Below are positions 39,298-48,925 of a stretch of DNA of 64,000 bases, piece by piece. Source of the stretch: Melioribacteraceae bacterium (GTDB lineage Bacteria; Bacteroidota; Ignavibacteria; Ignavibacteriales; Melioribacteraceae). Made by a program: the position numbers and the translations under genes. The DNA lies in the NCBI GenBank assembly GCA_963678275.1, contig OY782765.1, positions 3,047,700-3,111,699 of the forward strand. The letters are read 5' to 3'. The notes under the pieces are model-generated. The model had not been told where the DNA came from and searched no databases. It saw nothing but the letters and a program-made list of their open reading frames with translations. The first letter of the stretch is position 1. Every line of letters begins with the position of its first letter.

Positions 39298-40269
39298 CTA
39301 CTCAGATTTTACTTTTTTTATTTCTTCAATTAATGCTGGCAGCACTTCGAAAGCGTCGCCTGCGATTCCGTAATCAGCCACCTGGAATATCGGAGCGTCT
39401 TTATCCTTATTTATCGCGACAATATATTTGGATGAACGCATTCCGGCCAGATGCTGGATAGCGCCTGAAATACCCGCTGCAATATAAAGATTCGGAGACA
39501 CTGTTTTACCGGTCTGCCCGACCTGCTCGGCGTGAGGCCTCCAGCCGGCGTCTACAACAGCTCTTGAAGCTCCTACAGCGGCTCCGAGAGCGTCAGCCAG
39601 ATCTTCAATAAGGTTAAAATGTTCCGGCCCTTTCATGCCTCTTCCGCCCGAAACAATTATTTCCGCTTCCGATACATCAAGTTTGCCTTCCGATTTTTTA
39701 ACCTCGGTGACAACACACGAAAGATCGGGGTCTGGTATTTCGGTGGTAACAACCTCAGCTTTTGTTTCGGTTGGTTCACCAGGTGAGAATACGTTCGGAC
39801 GAAGCGTAAATACTTTGACAGCGCTCTTCAACGCGACATCGATTAATGCTTTTCCTGCATATACTGGACGTGTCGCGGTGAGTGAATCCCCTTCTGCCTC
39901 AAGTGCGATACAATCCATCGCTATTCCGGCATCCAGTTTAATTGTTATTCTCGGCGCCAGGTCTTTTCCCATCGCGGTATTGGGAATAAAAATAATATCC
40001 GCTCCTGCTGCTGCGGCGTGATCGGCCACCGCTTTGGCATAACCGCTCGGGCTGTATAGTTCGAATGCTTCATTTTTAAGGAGGGTTAATTTTGTAACGC
40101 CATATCCCCCAATCTGCTCAGTAGCTTCGACGTTGTTGCCAACACAAACCGCTTCAGTTTCACAACCCAGTTTCTCCGAAAGTTTTTTGGCCAGGCCGAC
40201 TGCTTCGAAGGAGGATTTTTTTATCTGTCCGTTTCTCTGTTCAACGAAAACTAAAATTTTATTTGCCAT
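39298..40269 (-). CDS. etfA: Electron transfer flavoprotein alpha subunit
   Basis: The 323-aa product has an FAD-binding C-terminal half with VSGGRGM and LYIAAGISGAIQHLAGM motifs. Confidence 0.9.
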   Translation of the reverse strand: MANKILVFVEQRNGQIKKSSFEAVGLAKKLSEKLGCETEAVCVGNNVEATEQIGGYGVTKLTLLKNEAFELYSPSGYAKAVADHAAAAGADIIFIPNTAMGKDLAPRITIKLDAGIAMDCIALEAEGDSLTATRPVYAGKALIDVALKSAVKVFTLRPNVFSPGEPTETKAEVVTTEIPDPDLSCVVTEVKKSEGKLDVSEAEIIVSGGRGMKGPEHFNLIEDLADALGAAVGASRAVVDAGWRPHAEQVGQTGKTVSPNLYIAAGISGAIQHLAGMRSSKYIVAINKDKDAPIFQVADYGIAGDAFEVLPALIEEIKKVKSE

Positions 40270-40279
40270 CTGATAACTC

Positions 40280-41026
40280 CTAAATTACTTTTGCTTCTTC
40301 TTTTAACAATCTGACCAGTTCAGGCACCGCTGAAGAGTCTTCACCAACAATCTTGCCGGCCTGCTTCGGAGCAGGTTTTTTCATTTTGAGTATTTCCAGC
40401 GAGTTATCAGCCGCTACAGCCTCTTTTTCCTCGATCGTTTTTCGTTTGGCCTGCATTATTCCTTTAAGAGAAGCGTAACGTGGTTCATTAAGTCCTTTCT
40501 GAGCAGTAATAACTGCCGGGAGAGAAGTTTCCACCACTTCTTTTCCACCTTCTATTTCTCTTTCGGCGGTAATTTTATTTCCATCCAGTTTGAAGTCAAC
40601 TACCACACTTACTGAATTATAGCCTAATATTTCCGCTGTGAGCTGTCCGGTAACAGAGTTATCAAAATCAACCGACTGTTTTCCGAAAAATACCAGTTCG
40701 GCCTCAAGTTCTTTTATTGCTTCCGCGAGGGCTTTGGCAACCGCGACCGGATCGCGGTAATTATCATCTTTAAGTAATACCGCGCTGTCGGCCCCCATCG
40801 CGAGCGACTTACGAATTGTTTCTTTTGCTGAATCACCGCCAAGAGTTACTACTACCACCTCTCCGCCGGCGGCTTCTTTTGTTTTAAGAGCTTCTTCTAT
40901 CGCAAATTCATCATATGGGTTAACAACATACGTAACCCCGTTCGGATCAATTGTTTTTCCATCTGCGCCGATAGAAATTTTTGCCGCTGTATCGGGCACA
41001 TGACTAACACATACTGCTATCTTCAT
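40280..41026 (-). CDS. etfB: Electron transfer flavoprotein beta subunit
   Basis: The 248-aa product has the N-terminus MKIAVCVSHVPDT and the motif VNPYDEFAIEEAL. It lies directly upstream of etfA. Confidence 0.9.
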   Translation of the reverse strand: MKIAVCVSHVPDTAAKISIGADGKTIDPNGVTYVVNPYDEFAIEEALKTKEAAGGEVVVVTLGGDSAKETIRKSLAMGADSAVLLKDDNYRDPVAVAKALAEAIKELEAELVFFGKQSVDFDNSVTGQLTAEILGYNSVSVVVDFKLDGNKITAEREIEGGKEVVETSLPAVITAQKGLNEPRYASLKGIMQAKRKTIEEKEAVAADNSLEILKMKKPAPKQAGKIVGEDSSAVPELVRLLKEEAKVI

Positions 41027-41533
41027 CGACCCTCCTGGTCAGGGATAGTTTGTGAATTAGTTATTTTTTTTAATTATTATCCTACAAAGATAACAAAAAA
41101 AGGTTTCTAATAAAATCGGACAAGGGCTGTAAGAAGGTAGTATTCGCAATATTCAGGAGAGTATTTTAGCCGGGATTTAGTGAATGACAATTCATTTTAT
41201 TTGAATCATTCATAGATCAATTTATTGTTTATTAATGTAAAACAAAGGGAACGTAGATTAGAAGAATTGCGGCCTTTTTATAAATCCACTTAATATTGAT
41301 TCGTTATTCTCAGAACTCCTGATCCCGTATATAAAAAACAATAACTTACATGGATTCATTCGCAAAATAAAAACGAAGAAAATTTGATAAGGGAACAATA
41401 TGGGCAGGTCCTTTTTTATCTCATCGAATAATGTTTAAAACCAATACATCAACATTGTATTATTTTCAAGAATAATATAATTTGAACGCCTTTTTATGCA
41501 TCTCCTACAGAGATGTTTTCCAGGTTGTCTATC

Positions 41534-41614
41534 ATATTCTACAATAATGGGAACCTCTACAAGGTTCTTTTTTATTTCATTTGCCTTGTAGAGGCAGTAA
41601 TTATTGTAGAATAT
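41534..41614. repeat. Long imperfect hairpin with CTCTACAAGG/CCTTGTAGAG arms
   Basis: ATATTCTACAATAAT-GGGAA-CCTCTACAAGG, then a 19-nt loop, then CCTTGTAGAGG-CAGTA-ATTATTGTAGAATAT. An extra CCTTGTAGAGG lies at 41637-41647. Confidence 0.65.
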
Positions 41615-41990
41615 TGTCAAGACCAAAAGAAAAAATCCTTGTAGAGGATTCACAAACCACCCCGGATAATCAAATACCTTGGGACCTCTCCGACAACCTA
41701 AGATCAATAGAATTTTAAATTTTCAACACATTATTTATAGCTAAAAAAATCTTGTTACGTAATAAATGGATAACAATTTCTTGTGATATTTTCTAAAAAT
41801 TCCGCGATTTCATTTTGCGAGAGGTAAGGAGTTCTGATTCTGAAAATAAACAATTCATTTTCGATCAGCTTCCCGATATACCTCTTCAAGTATGGCGATC
41901 TCAGGCTTCTCCATTTTTAACATAACATCCCTAACAGCTTTTACCTTTATGGAATCTCAACCGCCCGCAAGCGAGAAAAAACACATGGTA

Positions 41991-42551
41991 CTATTTTAAT
42001 TTTTCCTTTGTTTCCCTGAAAAGCGAAATAACCTTATCCTTATCAGGAAGGCTGATCAAACTGAATATCAGTTGGTAACCTGCAGGAACAAGACATAACC
42101 ACATGTATTGATTTGAATAAATAAGATTATGTTTTACCGCGAGGATTAAAATGACGCCCCCGAAAATTGAAGCCCCCTCCAGCATTGATAACTTTACTAT
42201 ATGCTGGGATAAATAAAGTCTTAATCCCGGGTCAATATTTTCCTCACTGCCGCCGCTTTCAACATTAAAATTAATTTTCCCGAGAAGCATTTTTGAAGGA
42301 ATTATCTTCGCAGCAAAAAGAACCGCTATGAATAAAAGACCCAAAATCACCAGCATAGTATCCACAACAAATTTATTGCTGCCTGTTTTCCCTGCCTCTT
42401 CCATGCCATCCAAATACAAATAAATCCCGATGCCAATAAATATTATTATCCCCGCAATTAAGAATAAAGATACCAGTTTAAGAGGCATGAGCTGCTTTTC
42501 TGTAAGGTTTGCTTCAAATTCAGATAAATCCATATCCCTGATAACACTCAT
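41991..42551 (-). CDS. Hypothetical integral membrane protein
   Basis: About 4 hydrophobic helices are present. The ATG at 42551 is preceded by GGGAG. I recognise no family. Confidence 0.55.
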   Translation of the reverse strand: MSVIRDMDLSEFEANLTEKQLMPLKLVSLFLIAGIIIFIGIGIYLYLDGMEEAGKTGSNKFVVDTMLVILGLLFIAVLFAAKIIPSKMLLGKINFNVESGGSEENIDPGLRLYLSQHIVKLSMLEGASIFGGVILILAVKHNLIYSNQYMWLCLVPAGYQLIFSLISLPDKDKVISLFRETKEKLK

Positions 42552-42691
42552 TTTTACTCCCGTGTTTATTATTTTACCCACTATATTTCACATAGAACCA
42601 TTTTATTTTAAGAACACGACTCCGTTGAATTGATTTCCGGGAAATGATATTCCGCGAAAACTGAATAACATAGTCAATCCCGATATTGTCA

Positions 42692-43471
42692 TTATGGAAC
42701 TGAAGCTGCCTTTTTCGCATCCTGAATACTTATCTCATCAAAACCTCCGGGACCCTCATCAACCAAATAAATATTGATTGGTTTAGATAGATTAATACTC
42801 GACAATATCTTTTCCAGTGTGGTAAATGAATCAAGAATTTCCTGTTTTTGCCAGTATTGTTTCGATACAGCAATCAGAAACCGGTATCTGTCATCCTGAA
42901 TTTTCAGATCGAACTGAAGCTGCCGCTCATTTGTCATAAAAATACCAGCGAGCATAAGTCCCGAGCCAATTAGTTCTACATCAGCTTCCGGAATCTCCTT
43001 TTGATAATATATTTGATGTTTCATTTCACCAAATTCCATCACTTCTTCCCCGTATGGAACTGTAAAGATTCTTACAACAAGATATAACGCGATAATAATC
43101 ATACCGGCAACGGTAATGACAGCAGTTTTCCAGCCTGAAGCTTTTTCTCCACCATTTTCAAGATACTCATTAAATTTTTTCTCCTGAAATTTTTTATATA
43201 CCAGGTATGATATCAGAGAATAAAATAGCGGTATAAACATTTTTGGAATTTTATCGCTGATTTCCACCGGCAGAGCAATTATCAACTCAAAAAGAGCAAG
43301 GAAAAATAATATTCCGAAGATTAATGTTTTTTTCCCCTTTTCCTCATCTCCAAACTCCCTGAAATTGCTAAATAACATATAAGCGCCTGAAAGCGGTCCC
43401 CCAAGAAGTGTAGCGATATAAATTGCTTTTTCAGAAAATACTCCTCTTTTCTCCAATTTCCGCTCCTCCAT
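42692..43471 (-). CDS. Hypothetical membrane protein (start uncertain: ATG 43471 or TTG 43501)
   Basis: The N-terminal half has 4 hydrophobic helices and the C-terminal half is a soluble domain. I recognise no family. Confidence 0.5.
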   Translation of the reverse strand: MEERKLEKRGVFSEKAIYIATLLGGPLSGAYMLFSNFREFGDEEKGKKTLIFGILFFLALFELIIALPVEISDKIPKMFIPLFYSLISYLVYKKFQEKKFNEYLENGGEKASGWKTAVITVAGMIIIALYLVVRIFTVPYGEEVMEFGEMKHQIYYQKEIPEADVELIGSGLMLAGIFMTNERQLQFDLKIQDDRYRFLIAVSKQYWQKQEILDSFTTLEKILSSINLSKPINIYLVDEGPGGFDEISIQDAKKAASVP

Positions 43472-43737
43472 AATATCTGTATAATTAATTTTCAAATTCA
43501 ATCCCGGTCAATCATCCTGATCACAACTGCAATCCTTCTTCCGGCGCCATAACAATAATCAATTATTTACCTGACCAGGCATTATAGTAATTTGCATTTA
43601 CCATAGTTCGATTAAATAACAGGATTAAAATAACCAAACAGTACATATTTTACAAAACAACTACTCACCCTTTATTTAACGGAGAGCCTGAATTAACTCA
43701 TGCGGGATATTTTTTTACCCGTTTTAGCCCAAAATTT

Positions 43738-43802
43738 GGTTTTGCCATACAATCCGGTTTTGCCATACATTCCGGCTTCGCCATACAATCCGGCTTCGCC
43801 GG
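43738..43802. repeat. 18-bp tandem repeat, ~3.6 copies (GG(T/C)TT(T/C)GCCATACA(A/T)TCC)
   Basis: The direct copies are 43738-55, 43756-73 and 43774-91, plus a partial fourth. Confidence 0.85.
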
Positions 43803-43808
43803 TTTAAA

Positions 43809-43838
43809 ATAAAAAAGCCGTCCGGAAAGGACGGCTCG
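43809..43838 (-). terminator. Rho-independent terminator of the rpsF-ssb-rpsR-rplI operon
   Basis: On the minus strand the sequence is AGCCGTCC-tttcc-GGACGGCT followed by TTTTTTATTTT. It lies ~25 nt after the rplI stop. Confidence 0.75.
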
Positions 43839-43861
43839 GATAAACTCATTACATATATCAG

Positions 43862-44305
43862 CTATTCTCTGACAACCCATGTTTTTACATCGGCTGTAAC
43901 ATCATGATGAAGTTTAATATTCACAGTATAAATTCCAAGCGCTTTAATCTGCTCGGGAATTTCAATTTTCCTTTTATCGATGTCATAACCTTTTGAGGCC
44001 AGAGATTCAGAAATCATCTGAGGTGTAACTGTTCCGAATATTTTATCCTCTTCACCAACAGTAACGGGAATTGTCACAGAGATTTTTCCAAGCTCTTCGG
44101 CGAGGCCCTTAGCCGATTCCAGCTCTTTGGCCTGCTTGCGCGAAACCTGTTTTGTCTCTTCTTCAAATGCGCGGATATTGCCTTTATCGGCAACAAAAGC
44201 GATCTGCCGGGGGATAAGAAAATTCATCGCAAAACCATTTTTTACCTCGACGATATCGCCTGTCTGTCCTAACTGATCATAGTTTTTTCTTAAAATTACT
44301 TTCAT
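43862..44305 (-). CDS. rplI: 50S ribosomal protein L9
   Basis: MKVILRKNYDQLGQTGDIVEVKNGFAMNFLIP is the canonical L9 N-terminus. Operon context supports the call. Confidence 0.9.
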   Translation of the reverse strand: MKVILRKNYDQLGQTGDIVEVKNGFAMNFLIPRQIAFVADKGNIRAFEEETKQVSRKQAKELESAKGLAEELGKISVTIPVTVGEEDKIFGTVTPQMISESLASKGYDIDKRKIEIPEQIKALGIYTVNIKLHHDVTADVKTWVVRE

Positions 44306-44325
44306 TTATTTATACTCTCCCCTGA

Positions 44326-44535
44326 CTATTTAACTGCTTCTGAAACAAATGGCATAATGGCGATCTGTCTTGCGCGTTTGATGGCGCGAACAAGCTCACG
44401 ATGCTGACTTGCGCTCAGACCTGTAATTCGGCGAGGAATAATTTTCCCCTGATCGGTAATAAATTTCTGTAATTTTTTCGGGTCTTTATAATCGATATAT
44501 TCTTCTATTACTCTTCTTACTCTTTTAGATTTCAT
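44326..44535 (-). CDS. rpsR: 30S ribosomal protein S18
   Basis: [49 protein letters not shown] is a canonical S18 core. Confidence 0.9.
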   Translation of the reverse strand: MKSKRVRRVIEEYIDYKDPKKLQKFITDQGKIIPRRITGLSASQHRELVRAIKRARQIAIMPFVSEAVK

Positions 44536-45007
44536 TTTTCGACTCCTTGATTAGATTGGATTCTTCATCCGTAAGGAATTTATCGAACGAATTATCTTCA
44601 TAGCTGTTGTCCTCATCATCCGATGAATAATCACTATCGTATTCTTCCTCGTTCGATTTGTTGAATTTGTTTAAGAATTGAATTCGTTTAGCTTTTATTT
44701 CAACAATTGTTCTGTTTCGGTTATCGTCTGATCTGAATGTCCGGCTTTGCAATTCACCATCAATCAACACAGCGCTTCCTTTGTGCAACCTGTTCCGGCA
44801 ACTGTCTGCCAGTTTATTCCACGCGACCACACCTACATAACATACATCTTCCTGCCATTGGTTGCTGCTGTCTTTATAACGGCGGTTTGCCGCTATATGA
44901 AAATTAACAACAGGAGTATTATTTGAGGTATTTCTGAAAACGGGGTCCTTGGTCAAATTCCCTGCAACAACGACGCTATTTAATTCAGGCATCTTCAGCT
45001 CAGCCAT
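44525..45007 (-). CDS. ssb: Single-stranded DNA-binding protein
   Basis: The ATG at 45007 is preceded by GGGAGG. The OB-fold carries [17 protein letters not shown], and the C-terminal tail is acidic. The gene lies between rpsF and rpsR. Confidence 0.88.
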   Translation of the reverse strand: MAELKMPELNSVVVAGNLTKDPVFRNTSNNTPVVNFHIAANRRYKDSSNQWQEDVCYVGVVAWNKLADSCRNRLHKGSAVLIDGELQSRTFRSDDNRNRTIVEIKAKRIQFLNKFNKSNEEEYDSDYSSDDEDNSYEDNSFDKFLTDEESNLIKESKNEI

Positions 45008-45039
45008 AAAACCTCCCAGACTTATCAAAATATAATATA

Positions 45040-45483
45040 CTAACTTTCACTATCTGCAGCATTTTCTTCCGTTTTTTCAGCTTCTTCAGTTTCCTTCTCA
45101 CTCTGTGCGGCAGCCGCTTCTTCAGCAACGGCGGCTTCTTTGGCTTCCTCTTCTTTACGATCGGCCAAATCAGCGTAATGCTGAAGATCTTTTTTATCCA
45201 GAGCAATTGTTAAAAATCGGATGATAGATTCATCAAGTCGATAAAATCTTTCAAGTTTACTTATCATATCGGCGGGCGCGGTAAATCGGATTACAACATA
45301 AAAGCCGCTCTTGGCTTTATTTATGGGGTAAGCGAGTCTTTTTCTCCCCCAGTTGTCTAAATCTTCGATATTCCCACCATTTTCGGTGATAGTGTCTTTG
45401 ACCTTTTTTATCGTAGCGTCAATTACTTCATCTTCCAGGGACGCATTAATGATCACGACACTTTCGTAATGTTTGTTTGCCAT
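45040..45483 (-). CDS. rpsF: 30S ribosomal protein S6 (with acidic/Ala-rich C-terminal tail)
   Basis: The sequence YESVVIINASLEDE..WGRKRLAYPI matches the S6 core. Confidence 0.9.
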   Translation of the reverse strand: MANKHYESVVIINASLEDEVIDATIKKVKDTITENGGNIEDLDNWGRKRLAYPINKAKSGFYVVIRFTAPADMISKLERFYRLDESIIRFLTIALDKKDLQHYADLADRKEEEAKEAAVAEEAAAAQSEKETEEAEKTEENAADSES

Positions 45484-45562
45484 ATATCCTCCCTATGGAC
45501 ATTTGGCCCGGGATTGCTGCCCGAGCAGGGTTCATAAAAAAAAACAGAATTTAAATATAAAA

Positions 45563-47632
45563 TTATTTTATCAGCGGCGCAATAACTAATGCAACTACCG
45601 ACATAAGTTTGATCAATATATTTAATGATGGTCCTGATGTATCTTTGAACGGATCACCGACCGTATCACCAACAACAGCCGCTTTATGTGCTTCCGATCC
45701 TTTAACATATTTAAAACCATCTATTGTAATTCCTTCTTCAATCATCTTTTTCGCGTTATCCCAGGCTCCTCCTGAATTCGACTGGAAAATTGCCATCAGA
45801 ACACCGCTTGTTGTAACACCGGCGAGCATACCCGCAAGCATTTCTTTACTGAAAAATCCCACCAGCACAGGTACGAGAACAGCCATCAGACCAGGTAAAA
45901 CCATTTCTTTAATAGCGGCCTGAGTGGAAATTTCCACACATTTTGCGTATTCCGCTTCCGCTGTGCCTTCACGCAATCCTTTAATTTCCCTGAACTGACG
46001 TCCAACTTCAATAATCATTAGTTTTGCCGCGCGTCCGACCGCGCCCATGGCCTGGGCAGAAAAAACAAATGGCAGCATCGCGCCAATAAACAGTCCGCCC
46101 ATAATAAAAGGATCTGCGAGATCAATAGCTACAATTCCCGCCTGCTGACGGAAAGCAGAAAACAGCGCGAGAGCTGTTAGCGCGGCGGAACCTATCGCGA
46201 AACCTTTTCCGATAGCCGCTGTTGTGTTGCCAACCGCGTCAAGTTTATCTGTTCTTTGTCTTACTTCTTTGGGCAATTCAGCCATTTCAGCGATACCGCC
46301 CGCATTATCGGATATCGGGCCATAGGCGTCAACCGCGAGCTGTATTCCGGTTACCGAAAGCATTCCGAGCGCGGCGATTGCTATTCCATATAAATTCGCG
46401 AAATAAAAAGCGCCGATAATACCTGACGCGATTATTATTATCGGGAATGCTGTCGACATCATTCCAACTCCAAGACCCGAAATAATATTCGTCGCCGAGC
46501 CGGTTATCGACTGACTGGCTATTCCTATTACTGGTTTTTTACCGGTCCCGGTGTAATATTCCGTGATCAAACCGATTAAAGTGCCCGCCACAAGTCCGAT
46601 TATTGTTGAGTAAAACACACCGAGACTTGAATATTCGAAACCGCCAAATGTCCAGTTTTCCGGAAGAGTATTAGTAATTATAAAATATGATGCCACAAGC
46701 ATCATTCCGGTAGCGCTGAATTCACCGATATTAAGAGCCGTCTGTGGATCCCCCCCTTCCCTGACACGAACAAAAAAGGTGCCGATAATCGAAAGTATTA
46801 TTCCCGAACCTGCCAGAAACAGAGGTAGAAGAACAGCTTCAAGCGACAATTCAGGCACATCGGGAGTAATAAAAATCGCTCCAAGCACCATTGCGCCTAT
46901 AATTGCTCCTACATAAGACTCAAAAAGGTCGGCGCCCATACCGGCAACATCACCTACGTTATCGCCAACATTATCGGCGATTGTGGCCGGGTTGCGCGGA
47001 TCATCTTCAGGAATACCTTCATAAACTTTGCCCGCAAGATCGGCTCCCACATCGGCAGCTTTGGTGTAAATACCTCCGCCAACACGGGCAAAAAGAGCGA
47101 TTGATGACGCGCCGAGCGAAAAACCGGATATAACATTTATCACCTGAACCATATCCCAGCCGATAATGTCACGGTAAATAATGAAAAGACCACTAAGGCC
47201 AAGTATACCCAGACCTACAACGTTCATCCCCATTATCGCTCCGCCTGAGAACGCTATTTTTAGCGCGGGCCCCAAACCGGTAATAGCCGCGTTTGTAGTC
47301 CTTACATTCGACTTGGTGGCAGCGATCATACCAAGATATCCGGCCAGCGCGCTACACAACGCCCCGACAACAAAAGATACCGATATTATCCAGCTTGAAT
47401 TTGGTTTATCACTATTGAAATAACCAAGAATAACAGCAACTACCAGTACAAAGAAAAATAACACTTTATACTCAGTCTTTAAAAAAGCAATGGCGCCGTC
47501 ACGAATATCCCGGGATATTTTAGCCATTTTTTCATTTCCCGGGCTTTGCTTATCAATCCAGCTATTTTTAATAAACGCATATACCAGGGCAATTACCCCG
47601 GCAACAGGTACCGTATATAATATTGATTCCAT
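45563..47632 (-). CDS. hppA: Membrane-bound pyrophosphate-energised cation pump (K+-dependent subfamily signature)
   Basis: The 689-aa polytopic protein has the motifs [27 protein letters not shown] and [20 protein letters not shown]. Ala rather than Lys in GNTTAA is the known K+-dependent marker. Confidence 0.92.
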   Translation of the reverse strand: MESILYTVPVAGVIALVYAFIKNSWIDKQSPGNEKMAKISRDIRDGAIAFLKTEYKVLFFFVLVVAVILGYFNSDKPNSSWIISVSFVVGALCSALAGYLGMIAATKSNVRTTNAAITGLGPALKIAFSGGAIMGMNVVGLGILGLSGLFIIYRDIIGWDMVQVINVISGFSLGASSIALFARVGGGIYTKAADVGADLAGKVYEGIPEDDPRNPATIADNVGDNVGDVAGMGADLFESYVGAIIGAMVLGAIFITPDVPELSLEAVLLPLFLAGSGIILSIIGTFFVRVREGGDPQTALNIGEFSATGMMLVASYFIITNTLPENWTFGGFEYSSLGVFYSTIIGLVAGTLIGLITEYYTGTGKKPVIGIASQSITGSATNIISGLGVGMMSTAFPIIIIASGIIGAFYFANLYGIAIAALGMLSVTGIQLAVDAYGPISDNAGGIAEMAELPKEVRQRTDKLDAVGNTTAAIGKGFAIGSAALTALALFSAFRQQAGIVAIDLADPFIMGGLFIGAMLPFVFSAQAMGAVGRAAKLMIIEVGRQFREIKGLREGTAEAEYAKCVEISTQAAIKEMVLPGLMAVLVPVLVGFFSKEMLAGMLAGVTTSGVLMAIFQSNSGGAWDNAKKMIEEGITIDGFKYVKGSEAHKAAVVGDTVGDPFKDTSGPSLNILIKLMSVVALVIAPLIK

Positions 47633-47641
47633 ATAAACCCC

Positions 47642-48247
47642 TTAACCTGAAATTTGATTTCCGCTGTTTAATGTTAATTCCTGTGTTCGTTTACTGAAAT
47701 ATTCGAGCATTCCTTTAAGTCCGCCCGTAAAAAAATTTTCGATAGAATTTATTGCTGTGGTAAATCCGTCATCCATAACTTTCATTACATCATCCGGAAC
47801 TTTACTTAAAACATAATCAGGCATCATACCGTTCAAAAAATCTGAACCAATTCCAAAACGGAGCCTGGCAAAAGAATTTGTCTCTAAAAGTTCAATAATA
47901 GAAGAGAGTCCGTTATGACCGCCATCTCCCCCCCGACCGCGTATACGGACATCACCCTCTCTCAGATTGAGGTCATCAACAACAACAAGAATATCTTCGA
48001 CATCAATGGAGTATTTGTCCATTATTTGCAAAGCAGCCATTCCGCTTAAGTTAACATAAGTAACAGGTTTAACAAGCAGAAAGGGAGAACCTTTCAGTTC
48101 TCCCTCCGCAATTAAGTAATCACCTTTTCCATCCCTGAATTCAAGCTTATGCTTTTCAGCAAACCTGTCAAGGATCATAAATCCGATATTATGCCGCGTA
48201 TTCGAATATTTTTTGCCTGGATTACCAAGCCCGAATGCAGCCCGCAG
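47642..48247 (-). CDS. pth: Peptidyl-tRNA hydrolase (true start upstream of the ORF-track ATG; non-canonical initiator)
   Basis: The ORF-track product lacks the N-terminus. The same frame upstream of 48178 reads I-K-L-R-A-A-F-G-L-G-N-P-G-K-K-Y-S-N-T-R-H-N-I-G-F, the conserved Pth N-terminal motif including the catalytic His. That stretch contains no ATG, GTG or TTG, only CTG (48247-48245) and ATA (48253-48251). Confidence 0.85.
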   Translation of the reverse strand: MRAAFGLGNPGKKYSNTRHNIGFMILDRFAEKHKLEFRDGKGDYLIAEGELKGSPFLLVKPVTYVNLSGMAALQIMDKYSIDVEDILVVVDDLNLREGDVRIRGRGGDGGHNGLSSIIELLETNSFARLRFGIGSDFLNGMMPDYVLSKVPDDVMKVMDDGFTTAINSIENFFTGGLKGMLEYFSKRTQELTLNSGNQISG

Positions 48248-48249
48248 TT

Positions 48250-48891
48250 TTATTCTTCCTTTTCTTTGCCTTTACCAATAACTTCTGGTTCTGCAGGTTC
48301 TTCACCTTCTTCATCAGCTTCTACTTCATCTTCTTCACTGCCGCGTGGAAGAATAACCGATACGACAACTACCTCATCTTCCTGCATGAATTTCATATTC
48401 TCAAATTCCAGATCCTTAATATGAATCGAATCTTTAAGGTCGAGATCGGTAATATCTATTTCGAGATGATCGGGAATATGACGGGGAAGACATTCAACGT
48501 CAACTTTATGAACAGCCTGCTGAACTACTCCGCCTTTTTTAACGCCGATCGATTGTCCCGTCAGCACCAATGGAACTGATATCTGAACAACTTCACCTTT
48601 TGTAAGGCCGAGAAGATCGAAATGAACTATTTTTTCTGTAACAGGATCAAACTGAAGGTCCTTTATTACACATCTTTGACTTTCTTTTTCACCTTCAATC
48701 TCAAGGATTACAACATGTGTTTCCGCGGTATATACAAGCGGGAAGAGTGATGTATTTACAGTATATATCGAAATCGCTTCATTACCTTTTGAATAATAGA
48801 CTCCGGGAACATAACTTTCTCTTCTCAGTTTATTCAGGTCACCTTTGGTTCCTGGTTCTCTTTTCCAGGCCTTTAATACAATTTCAGACAT
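48250..48891 (-). CDS. rplY: 50S ribosomal protein L25 / general stress protein Ctc
   Basis: The motifs LRRESYVPGVYYSKG and HFDLL are present, with an acidic C-terminal tail. It sits in the conserved prs-ctc-pth order. Confidence 0.88.
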   Translation of the reverse strand: MSEIVLKAWKREPGTKGDLNKLRRESYVPGVYYSKGNEAISIYTVNTSLFPLVYTAETHVVILEIEGEKESQRCVIKDLQFDPVTEKIVHFDLLGLTKGEVVQISVPLVLTGQSIGVKKGGVVQQAVHKVDVECLPRHIPDHLEIDITDLDLKDSIHIKDLEFENMKFMQEDEVVVVSVILPRGSEEDEVEADEEGEEPAEPEVIGKGKEKEE

Positions 48892-48925
48892 TTTTCTACT
48901 TTCTCCGATATATTATTTCTTAACA

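Noticed and set aside
41435-41707. 90-aa minus-strand ORF
   Set aside because: It spans the CTCTACAAGG hairpin cluster. The product looks random (Cys/Arg/Tyr/Asn-rich) and there is no RBS.
43698-43880. 60-aa minus-strand ORF with KP(D/E)CMA repeats
   Set aside because: It is generated by the 18-bp tandem repeat, reads through the rplI terminator hairpin and overlaps the rplI 3' end.
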